A program made the translations under genes and the position numbers. From a virus (Duplodnaviria; Caudoviricetes), in IMG/VR virus record IMGVR_UViG_2974508059_000001, positions 64,001 through 128,000 of that record: a stretch of DNA of 64,000 nt; one strand, written 5' to 3'. Under the pieces are notes generated by a model, which saw only the letters and a list, made by a program, of their open reading frames with translations, did no database searches and was not told the DNA's origin. Every line of letters begins with the position of its first letter. Within the stretch, counting starts at the first letter, position 1. This document shows, one piece after another, positions 1 to 7,747 of this stretch.

Positions 1-5
1 ATCTG

Positions 6-737
6 GTGATTCCCGATTCCATTACCTTCTTGGAGGTGTTTGATTACATTCAGGAAAAGTATGGGGTGTATTCGAAAGGGCTAGGCGTGTTCCAGTATTT
101 CAATAACTGGTTCTTGTTTAGACCTTACGATGAAACCAAGTTTAACAAGGCCGGATTGAAACTGGTGGTGATGAACCTGCCGCGTGAACGCTCGGCGAAC
201 ATTGACCGGACGTTACACAGCGAAGCCAGTGTGCGGTATATCATCACCGGCGGTGATACGCTCTCAGAGGACGTGCAAGACCAGAACGCTCTGAATCAGG
301 GCACCGGTTATCGGGTGGGGTCGCTAAGGGCCTTAGACGGCCGTACAAGCTCGTTTACGCCGGGTGAGGTATCGAAGACTACACCGGACAAGTTCGTGTC
401 GCAGGCTGCCCCTAATAAGCACGCCTCCGGCATGGTTAACGCTCCGGTACTCAAGAAGCATTACGCTGACCACGACAAAGACATTCGCTCCAAGCTTGCT
501 ATGCAGGATGGGCGGATTGTGAAGGTGACGTGGAACCAGTCAATGCCGAACATTGTGTACCCGGGCATGCCGGTGAAGTTTATGTATGCCAACGACGTGG
601 GAATGTACACCCGCTTTGGCACCGTATTGGGTGAGGTCTATCACGCCTCGGTGGATGGGCAGACGTTAGCGTCCGGTCGCTTTAACAGTCAGACCGAACT
701 GACGCTGTGGCTCTCCAACTCAAAAATAACAAACTGA
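6..737 (+). CDS. C-terminal part of conserved jumbo-phage virion protein (baseplate-hub-like), truncated at window edge
   Basis: ORF open from the window start; beta-rich C-terminus (IVYPGMPVKFMY...G.VLG) resembling hub-type proteins. Confidence 0.45.
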   Translation: MIPDSITFLEVFDYIQEKYGVYSKGLGVFQYFNNWFLFRPYDETKFNKAGLKLVVMNLPRERSANIDRTLHSEASVRYIITGGDTLSEDVQDQNALNQGTGYRVGSLRALDGRTSSFTPGEVSKTTPDKFVSQAAPNKHASGMVNAPVLKKHYADHDKDIRSKLAMQDGRIVKVTWNQSMPNIVYPGMPVKFMYANDVGMYTRFGTVLGEVYHASVDGQTLASGRFNSQTELTLWLSNSKITN

Positions 738-749
738 TGTTCTACTATG
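725..749 (+). promoter_or_regulatory. Putative phage middle/late promoter (class II: WWWTAC-N15-TATG)
   Basis: aataac-N15-tatg, 30 nt upstream of ORF 780. Confidence 0.4.
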
Positions 750-779
750 ACACTAACACCCCTTAAGGATTGATAAACC

Positions 780-1580
780 ATGAGTAACAACAACGTTTAT
801 TCCATGCGCATGTCTGGCCAAGTGATTCAGGCTATCGATAACTACGAAGCGAATCATTTCTCTAAACCGTCTAAGCTGTTCCCACGCATCAGTAAAGTCC
901 TGCCGCAAACTGGCGAAGTGGCGTTGATGTATGTGATGGCCACCTCCATCGATAAACGTGTGGTGATTGTCTATACCCACGACGGTGTTGAAAGCGGCAA
1001 AGAGCTGACCATTGATGAACCGGGTTCACTGGGTAACCTGCTGTTCTTACATGCCATGACGACGGCCACCTGTGCACAGGCGCTGTCGCTGCAATACGGT
1101 TTCGGCTACGCGTATGCGTTTGCGCAGAAACTGGCAGAGGGATTAGTGGCGGGCGATACCACCACCTACCCACGTTACGTTGACCGCATCACCCCGAACA
1201 TGCTGACGGACGATCTGCAGTTTGATATGTTCCGCTTTACCATGGTCGGTGCCGCCCGCGATGAAGAGTACACCGGTGCCCTGCGTGCGGTGGTGCGTTA
1301 CACCGCGCTGCCGTGTGCGTCAGATGTCTCTACCAACTTCCGTGAAGTGTGGCCGGTTATCCGTCTGGGGCACTACGTGACCTTCAACTCGTACATTCCG
1401 TTCGATGCACAGATTCTGGGCCCGTTCGATAATGCCTCGATTCTGCCGGCAGCGAAGCGTTACGGTCTGACCTGCGACGAAGCCGTGGAAGTGATTGATG
1501 AAAACGACCGCATCAACATCTCCATCAAAAACGGCCTCGACCAGAACCCTGAGTTCGAAACGCTGACGTTTGGCGGCTAA
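780..1580 (+). CDS. Hypothetical phage protein (266 aa)
   Basis: Long ORF, TAAGGA RBS, followed by a terminator. Confidence 0.8.
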   Translation: MSNNNVYSMRMSGQVIQAIDNYEANHFSKPSKLFPRISKVLPQTGEVALMYVMATSIDKRVVIVYTHDGVESGKELTIDEPGSLGNLLFLHAMTTATCAQALSLQYGFGYAYAFAQKLAEGLVAGDTTTYPRYVDRITPNMLTDDLQFDMFRFTMVGAARDEEYTGALRAVVRYTALPCASDVSTNFREVWPVIRLGHYVTFNSYIPFDAQILGPFDNASILPAAKRYGLTCDEAVEVIDENDRINISIKNGLDQNPEFETLTFGG

Positions 1581-1586
1581 GGTTTA

Positions 1587-1624
1587 CCTCCTTTCCTTCG
1601 GGAAGGGAGGATTCCTTCTTTTTT
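1587..1624 (+). terminator. Rho-independent terminator
   Basis: cctcctttcc-TTCG-ggaagggagg followed by a T-rich tail. Confidence 0.85.
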
Positions 1625-1744
1625 ACGCCTAGGCGTTATTCTACGAGTATAACCTGTGCGAATCGAATCATCATAGCCGTTAACCACAAAACGCCTTAGA
1701 ACGCGTTACAGAGCGTCTATGGGCCTTACTTCGAACGCATGAAA

Positions 1745-1768
1745 TTTCAGATAGATATTACTAAGGTG
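1745..1768 (+). promoter_or_regulatory. Putative early (virion RNAP) promoter, class I
   Basis: tttcagatagatattactaaggtg; same motif at 7 sites; contains ATATTAC, like phiKZ early promoters. Confidence 0.7.
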
Positions 1769-1819
1769 AACGAATACATTAATCGTTCTACATCGACTAT
1801 CTAACTGTAAGGAATAATC

Positions 1820-2200
1820 ATGTCTAAAGTAATCTCTACTGAAATGAAAGCTCTGGTTAAGTCTTCCCCGTTCTATCTGATGATGCTGCTTTGCGCTAAA
1901 GATTCTGGTGTGGAAGAAACCATCGATGCCATCAAAGCTTGGGAAGAGCAGAACATGCCTAAGCTGCTTGACGTGATGAACCTGCCAGATGCTGAGGTAC
2001 CACACGAAGCCAAGCTGATTGCGTTAGTTTATAATTCAAAGTTCAGTCGCCCGTTTGAAGCAGACGACCTGCACGGCATGATTGACGAGTTCTTGGCACG
2101 CGTTGATGCCACGCCGGAACTGGCTGAAGAAGAGCTGAAGCCGTATGGTTCAGCCCGTGCTTATTACACCGCGAAGAAAGCAGAGTTCGCTAACGTCTAA
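1820..2200 (+). CDS. Hypothetical early protein (126 aa)
   Basis: TAAGGA RBS, first gene after the class I promoter. Confidence 0.8.
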   Translation: MSKVISTEMKALVKSSPFYLMMLLCAKDSGVEETIDAIKAWEEQNMPKLLDVMNLPDAEVPHEAKLIALVYNSKFSRPFEADDLHGMIDEFLARVDATPELAEEELKPYGSARAYYTAKKAEFANV

Positions 2201-2209
2201 GGAAACGCT

Positions 2210-2392
2210 ATGACAATCTCAGGAGTAGGCTCAAGCTATGGTTACGAATCGAAGCGTGTCACTCCTGAGGAGCGTCATGCACGTATCCAAGCCCGTATCA
2301 ACATGCTGACCATTGAACTGGCAGCGGCTAAGACCCGTGGTGATATGGCAGAAGTGTCCCGTATCGCTGCACTCATTGCTGAACTAAAATAA
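2210..2392 (+). CDS. Small helical-hairpin (UVR-like) protein (60 aa)
   Basis: TAAGGA RBS; C-terminal L..EL..A...GD..EV..I...I.EL pattern. Confidence 0.65.
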   Translation: MTISGVGSSYGYESKRVTPEERHARIQARINMLTIELAAAKTRGDMAEVSRIAALIAELK

Positions 2393-2415
2393 TCGACTAT
2401 TCAAAGAGGCCCATT

Positions 2416-2559
2416 ATGTTAACTCGTAACCACCTGAAAGCTATCGCCGGCATCGTTCTGTTTGTCGCTGTTGCGTGCTCTATCATCACTGTCAATAACG
2501 ATTACAACCATTGTGTTGACTTAGGCAACTCTGCAGCCCAGTGCACAGGACGTGGCTAA
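2416..2559 (+). CDS. Small single-TM membrane protein (47 aa), not in ORF track
   Basis: GAGG RBS; MLTRNHLKAIAGIVLFVAVACSIITVNNDYNHCVDLGNSAAQCTGRG; fills the gap exactly. Confidence 0.7.
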   Translation: MLTRNHLKAIAGIVLFVAVACSIITVNNDYNHCVDLGNSAAQCTGRG

Positions 2560-2560
2560 G

Positions 2561-2746
2561 ATGACTTTCTCTGACGCACAGTTCAACGAGTTCTTAACTA
2601 ACCCACGCATCAAACGTGAGTGGGATAACCTGTCCAACGGTGCAACGCATCGTCAGCAGGATGAGCAGGCAGTCCGTGTGACTGCCCAAGTATTCGCCGT
2701 AGACATGATGGGCAACGTAAGCCCACTGGAGCAATATAATGACTGA
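2561..2746 (+). CDS. Hypothetical protein (about 61 aa)
   Basis: ATG 1 nt after the previous stop (alternative GTG at 2552); overlaps the next gene. Confidence 0.65.
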   Translation: MTFSDAQFNEFLTNPRIKREWDNLSNGATHRQQDEQAVRVTAQVFAVDMMGNVSPLEQYND

Positions 2747-3080
2747 AGAAAACAAAGGCACTATTGAGACCCGTGGCCTTGAAAGCGAGTCCGACCCACA
2801 ATGGTGGAAAGGTGGCGATGTTGAGGGAACACACAAACCCAGCCCGGAGCTGGAGAAGCTGTTAAAGGATGAAGGTCCGATTACCCTCGGGCCAACTGCG
2901 CGGTTCCTTTCGCAGATTCAGAACAGTGAAGGCACGGAAGCGGCAGCAGCCCTTCTGAAAGCCTTCGACCACCATGACGGTACCCGCATGCTCCTGAACC
3001 CGAAAAAGCGCAAGGAGAGTCCGGCTACCCGGAAGTATCGTAATGTCATGAGCGGCCTTATCGCTCGTGCTGCTAAGTAA
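2739..3080 (+). CDS. Hypothetical protein with basic C-terminus
   Basis: GGAG RBS, followed by a terminator. Confidence 0.75.
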   Translation: MTEENKGTIETRGLESESDPQWWKGGDVEGTHKPSPELEKLLKDEGPITLGPTARFLSQIQNSEGTEAAAALLKAFDHHDGTRMLLNPKKRKESPATRKYRNVMSGLIARAAK

Positions 3081-3089
3081 CAACCAACG

Positions 3090-3115
3090 GCCACCTTCGG
3101 GTGGCTTTCTTTTTT
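3090..3115 (+). terminator. Rho-independent terminator
   Basis: gccacc-TTCG-ggtggc followed by a T-run. Confidence 0.85.
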
Positions 3116-3132
3116 CTCGTAAGGAGTATTAC

Positions 3133-4155
3133 ATGTCAACTATCGAAAACGCATTCCCGGGCTTTATTCTCGTCTCTCCTGAACACACCCTGTTGGCAGG
3201 GGCTAACTACGAAACTCTCGCCAAAGTCGAACCCGACCTGTGGGAAGTCAAACGCGCGTTCCACAACGGTAAAGAAGCCGTCTCTGTCTACCATCGCGGT
3301 GACCTGTTCCATCACCAGTATAACTACGAGCAGTCTGGTGTGAAGACCATGCCCATCAGTGCGATTATCCACGCACAGGCGTATGTCATCACTGCCGGTG
3401 GTGACGTGCAAACCATCCGCAACGATGTAGAAGCCCTGAACGTGCTGGCCCGTAAGGTTATCCCAGATCTCGACCTCCAAGACCAGGGTCGTGCGCAGGA
3501 ATGGGCAAAGAAAGAATTCAATGACCCCATTACCGCGGCTGATGAATTCTATCACACTTGCATGGGCTTCATGATGGACAACCTGCGTAAGTGGAAACAC
3601 AAAGACGGCCTGGTTATCACACAGCGCATGTTGTGGGGCATCCAGTCCACCGGCTTCACTATCTCAATGAAGCACGAAGATGACAAGATTGAATTCAATC
3701 GTAAATACGAGTTCTTGTCTGACTTCACCGGGTCGATGCAAGAAGAGGTGAAAGCCTTCACCGAGCTGCTACTGACCATGGGCTGGATTAGCGCCAGCCC
3801 AGACCCGATTGACATTGAGCGTCTGCGCAAAGAACGTATTGCCCGTAACTTCGTCAACCACCACCACAACGTTGAGCAGAGCCTCAAGCACAAGACACTG
3901 ACTTCTGAGTGTCGTACTGCAGAGTCATTCGCTAACCTGCCACCGGCCATGCGCGAAGAGGCGATGGAAGCCGCCCGTAACGTGAACGTTGAAGACGCTT
4001 ACCCCTCCATACCCGAGCAAGAACGGTTACAGCTGCGCCGTAATATTCTCGGGCGTATCGCTGAGTTAGAAGCCGCACCTGCGGATACGGAAAATGAAAA
4101 GACCTTGCGCGATGCAGCAATCCGCGAGCTGAACGACGCGCTTACTCGCGTGTAA
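3133..4155 (+). CDS. Hypothetical protein (340 aa)
   Basis: TAAGGAG RBS before ATG 3133. Confidence 0.8.
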   Translation: MSTIENAFPGFILVSPEHTLLAGANYETLAKVEPDLWEVKRAFHNGKEAVSVYHRGDLFHHQYNYEQSGVKTMPISAIIHAQAYVITAGGDVQTIRNDVEALNVLARKVIPDLDLQDQGRAQEWAKKEFNDPITAADEFYHTCMGFMMDNLRKWKHKDGLVITQRMLWGIQSTGFTISMKHEDDKIEFNRKYEFLSDFTGSMQEEVKAFTELLLTMGWISASPDPIDIERLRKERIARNFVNHHHNVEQSLKHKTLTSECRTAESFANLPPAMREEAMEAARNVNVEDAYPSIPEQERLQLRRNILGRIAELEAAPADTENEKTLRDAAIRELNDALTRV

Positions 4156-4170
4156 GCAAATAAAATAACC

Positions 4171-4205
4171 ACCCCTACCCGAAAGAGTAGGGGTTCTTTC
4201 TTTTT
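4171..4205 (+). terminator. Rho-independent terminator
   Basis: acccctac..GAAA..gtaggggt followed by a T-run. Confidence 0.8.
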
Positions 4206-4220
4206 GTAAGGAGCAATAGA

Positions 4221-4913
4221 ATGAGCGAGTTTAACCTCGGTAAGTTTTGGAACACGGTTCAAGCTAAATACTACGTTGACGAAACTGACAACCTGTTCGT
4301 CTCAGAGAGTCAGCTCTATGAGCTGGCGGGTCGCTACGTGGAGGAGCATGACTTAACGGCACTGGTCGTGACCTTTGAAGGCACAACGGTTTACGAGCGC
4401 GTAATCCACGGCGGTCCCCTCAGCACTCCAGAGATGATGGAGGCCTGCTATTCAACCGTGGCAGCTGCGATGCACAGTGCATTGTTGAGCACGTGGGACG
4501 CCAAAGCCCGCGATAACTACCTGCGTGACCTGTTCACTATCGTGCGCCAGATTAACGTCAATGCGCCAGACGAAGAAGTACAGGAACTGTTGCGCCGCAT
4601 TAAGCCTGAGAGCGATAGCGTTGATTGCGCACCCGACGGCATTTACTGGAACAGCGCGCACTATATCCGTAAGTTCTTCCCGGACAACGATTCGCTCCCA
4701 CCGGTACAATTCTCCAACGGGGAGATGTTATTCCTGATTCGTCCGATGTACGACGAGCATCAGGTCGAAGTCCTGACCATGGCCTTCCGCAACGATTTAA
4801 GCCTGCAAGGGCGCAAGCTTATGGCTTGGTACATGCATTACGAAGAAGACCTTCAGCAGCTCATTGATGAGTTCAAAGAGAGCGTTGATAAGCTCGGCTG
4901 GAAGTTGGTCTAA
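4221..4913 (+). CDS. Hypothetical protein (230 aa)
   Basis: TAAGGAG RBS. Confidence 0.8.
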   Translation: MSEFNLGKFWNTVQAKYYVDETDNLFVSESQLYELAGRYVEEHDLTALVVTFEGTTVYERVIHGGPLSTPEMMEACYSTVAAAMHSALLSTWDAKARDNYLRDLFTIVRQINVNAPDEEVQELLRRIKPESDSVDCAPDGIYWNSAHYIRKFFPDNDSLPPVQFSNGEMLFLIRPMYDEHQVEVLTMAFRNDLSLQGRKLMAWYMHYEEDLQQLIDEFKESVDKLGWKLV

Positions 4914-4921
4914 TTAATAAG

Positions 4922-4950
4922 CAGTGTCCTTCGGGGCACTGTTTTTTTTT
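4922..4950 (+). terminator. Rho-independent terminator
   Basis: cagtgtcc-TTCG-gggcactg followed by T9. Confidence 0.85.
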
Positions 4951-4969
4951 GTTTATTTTTTTTTTGCAT

Positions 4970-5006
4970 GAAAAAGAAAAAGCACCCCCACCGATTGGCA
5001 GGGGTG
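4970..5006 (-). terminator. Possible minus-strand terminator
   Basis: cacccc...ggggtg hairpin preceded by an A-run. Confidence 0.5.
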
Positions 5007-5115
5007 AATATCCGAGCAAGACAAGATCGATTTTCATGTTGTGGATTACCGGATAGTAACCCATATAATCGCCCAGACAAATTAGTATGCATTCCCTACA
5101 GCCATGGAGTTTCAA

Positions 5116-5568
5116 ATGATCCCGTCTATTTTATTACACGCTTCCGCCTATCACTCATCGGATCTTGCACCAGGTTTTAAGCGCACCCATGAGCTTGTCA
5201 AATGGGATGATACGGAAAGCAACGAATGGCTATATGCAGGCGTTGATAGACTTGACGTGTTGCTACAGGGGTATGGTGGCTATATGGAGCGGGCGTATAA
5301 CTCCACACGTTTACAAGTGAACGGTAGGCGGGTCACCGTGTGGTTTGACGAGCTACCCGAGGATGTCGCACCACCGACCATTTATCTTTATACCGTCAGT
5401 CCCGATGAATCAGACGGGTGGGTGCCGGTGGGGAATAAAATAAATACCCATTTCAAAGAATACAAAACGAAGAATACGGTGCACTATAAAAAGGTGGAGG
5501 AGGTACGTATGGACGCGAGGTGGTTTACAAATCAGGGCTTCCGACTTACACACAAACAAAACAAATAA
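5116..5568 (+). CDS. Hypothetical protein, possible ADP-ribosyltransferase (Arr-like) fold
   Basis: GGAG RBS; LLHAS..L.PG...SN..LY...IYLYTV...EYKT..VEEV motif order. Confidence 0.45.
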   Translation: MIPSILLHASAYHSSDLAPGFKRTHELVKWDDTESNEWLYAGVDRLDVLLQGYGGYMERAYNSTRLQVNGRRVTVWFDELPEDVAPPTIYLYTVSPDESDGWVPVGNKINTHFKEYKTKNTVHYKKVEEVRMDARWFTNQGFRLTHKQNK

Positions 5569-5594
5569 GTTATCAGGGCGGCACATCTAAACCA

Positions 5595-5616
5595 CCCGAG
5601 AGCCTTGGCTCTCGGG
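5595..5616. terminator. Hairpin between convergent genes
   Basis: cccgagagcc-tt-ggctctcggg perfect inverted repeat. Confidence 0.6.
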
Positions 5617-5622
5617 CAGCTG

Positions 5623-7194
5623 TTAGAACAAATCGTCGCCCATGCCACCGGTAAAGTGGTTGATTGAGGAGGCGGAGACTTTGTTTTCTTTATCTACATC
5701 CCAAGGAAGGATGCCTACGTCATGGAATGGCAACACACAGTAGTGATGCTTTTCATGGGTATCGATAATGGTGCGGTGTTTCCCTCGTTGCACCTCGAGG
5801 TAGCTGCGTCCGTTGACGACACGCTTGTTGAAGAACATTTCGCCGTCAGCCTCGTTATCAAGGCTGGTACAGTTGTCGTAGAGACCACGACCTGGAAGAC
5901 TCTTACAGAATCCTACTGGGTCAAGCGCTTTCGCTTGTTTACCCGCTGGTGAAATTTGGTGCGGTGCTAATGCAAAGCCTTTCTGACGGATAACCATGAT
6001 GTTACGCACGATACGGTAAATCTCTTTGATGTCCGTACCGGCAATGCCGTTACCGTGGCCAGCTTTGTTAATCGTGCCGAAGTAATCGCCACGCAACCCA
6101 ACGACGTGGAACCCGCGTGTTTTCAGGTCCGAGATAATGTCATTGAGGTAATGAACTTTGAAGTCAGTGTTGGTGTGTTTCTGGAACACGTAGTCCCAAC
6201 CGTTCTGACGAATCTTGCCACACAGGTAATCAGACATGCCCTGCGTGTGTGCTTCTTTCTCGAGGTCTGTTGCAGTCTCCGGCATAATCAGCGACGGGGC
6301 AACACCTTCGTAGTGACCATACACTGCCTGATAACCGTAGGCAATGTTAACGTCGAGTTCGTTTTCAAACGACAAGTCTAAGATAACCGGCGTTAATGTT
6401 CCCGGTACGTCAAGCATCACTGAACCCGGGTCATTGAAGATAGGGATAGACAGTGAGGTCAACAGACTGAACAGTGACTTACAGTTAAAGGGCAGGGCCG
6501 GCTGTAACCACAGCTCTTCGGTAATCCCTTTGTTACAACCCAGCATGTTGTTGATATCTTGCCAACCGGTACGCAGACCGTTACCTGCTGCTTTACGGTT
6601 GATGCTACCAAAAACTTTTACGAACGGTGCGGTGTTATTTGTGACGAGCTCATTGACTAGGCTTGGAATCTTATTATGAGCGCGTTCACCGAACGCTGAT
6701 AGCGAGTTCTTAAGTTCGCTCAGTGCTGTGGTGACATCAATACGGGTTTCTGTTCCATTAACAGCGCCCCAAGCACGACCCAGTTGTTGCTTAAGTGCAA
6801 CACCTTGGATAACTTGACGCATCTGGAAGTAATAGGAGGCGACAAGCTTACGACGGTACTCTTGTAGCGCTTCTTCTTCGGCAGGCACGTCCTCACCTTC
6901 TTCTTTCAGGAAGTCGGTTATCGTATCGTATAGAGGACGCATTTGTGTTGTGGCCAGTCGAAGACGCTTCATGACAACGTGGTGGTCGTACTCGACACCG
7001 CTGTCAATGATAGATGTGATGATATCCTTGATTTCGATTAGGGCAGACCTTTCGTCCCCCTCTTCGACATAGTCAGGTAACCTAGCTTCTAGCAGTATTC
7101 TTCTTATGACGTCGTGGTCAATGACCGGGTCGTTAAGAAGGCTCTCCGCATGTAGCGTCGCTAAGGCTGTTATCAACATCATTTTACTATTCAT
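5623..7194 (-). CDS. dnaB: DnaB-like replicative helicase (phiKZ gp118-like)
   Basis: GLRTGWQDINNML, degenerate Walker A ALPFNCKS, LSFENE, DY Walker B, PHQIS, QRGKHR; lies divergent from the capsid operon. Confidence 0.85.
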   Translation of the reverse strand: MNSKMMLITALATLHAESLLNDPVIDHDVIRRILLEARLPDYVEEGDERSALIEIKDIITSIIDSGVEYDHHVVMKRLRLATTQMRPLYDTITDFLKEEGEDVPAEEEALQEYRRKLVASYYFQMRQVIQGVALKQQLGRAWGAVNGTETRIDVTTALSELKNSLSAFGERAHNKIPSLVNELVTNNTAPFVKVFGSINRKAAGNGLRTGWQDINNMLGCNKGITEELWLQPALPFNCKSLFSLLTSLSIPIFNDPGSVMLDVPGTLTPVILDLSFENELDVNIAYGYQAVYGHYEGVAPSLIMPETATDLEKEAHTQGMSDYLCGKIRQNGWDYVFQKHTNTDFKVHYLNDIISDLKTRGFHVVGLRGDYFGTINKAGHGNGIAGTDIKEIYRIVRNIMVIRQKGFALAPHQISPAGKQAKALDPVGFCKSLPGRGLYDNCTSLDNEADGEMFFNKRVVNGRSYLEVQRGKHRTIIDTHEKHHYCVLPFHDVGILPWDVDKENKVSASSINHFTGGMGDDLF

Positions 7195-7207
7195 GGAGCA
7201 TCCTTCA

Positions 7208-7741
7208 ATGCGAATTCGTTTTTACCCATCGTGGGTGGATCAACCTAACATAGATAATGCGGCCGCCAGTAAAAAGTTAGAAGAGCTACAAGCGGAGTTC
7301 TTTAACTGGTTATATGACTGCCCGCAGGGGTTTAGTTCCAAGCTGTTACCGGAACAGTCTCCTGTCGCATTGTTTAAATCGTTTATGGCAGCAGACCCTG
7401 CTCCCATTAAATATTATGACCAAGTGCTTAACTTGGTTGAGAAAGGTACGGAAAGCTCGCTCGCCGATTTATATGGGCTAACGAGTTCCGCTGAGTTACG
7501 CTGGGTCTTCTCCCAACGTAATGATATGATTGTCGCCACGTTGTCAGAAGCGAAACCCCACCACTCACATGTGAGTTTTTCGATTGACGACGACAAGGCA
7601 GCAAAGAAGACGTTCTGCGCAGAACTTTTTAAATATGTGCGTACCAAGACTCGCGTCGTGGATGATTCGTTCAGCACTTCAACGCAGTTTGCTACACATC
7701 AGGTGCTGACGCAAATTTACGCATGTCATTTATTCAACTAG
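7208..7741 (+). CDS. Conserved protein preceding the major capsid gene (phiKZ gp119-like)
   Basis: GGAG RBS before ATG 7208; synteny. Confidence 0.65.
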   Translation: MRIRFYPSWVDQPNIDNAAASKKLEELQAEFFNWLYDCPQGFSSKLLPEQSPVALFKSFMAADPAPIKYYDQVLNLVEKGTESSLADLYGLTSSAELRWVFSQRNDMIVATLSEAKPHHSHVSFSIDDDKAAKKTFCAELFKYVRTKTRVVDDSFSTSTQFATHQVLTQIYACHLFN

Positions 7742-7747
7742 AGAATT

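Noticed and set aside
4873-5180. Short ORFs spanning the poly-T/poly-A intergenic tract
   Set aside because: They run through terminator homopolymers, lack an RBS and encode poly-K/F artefacts.
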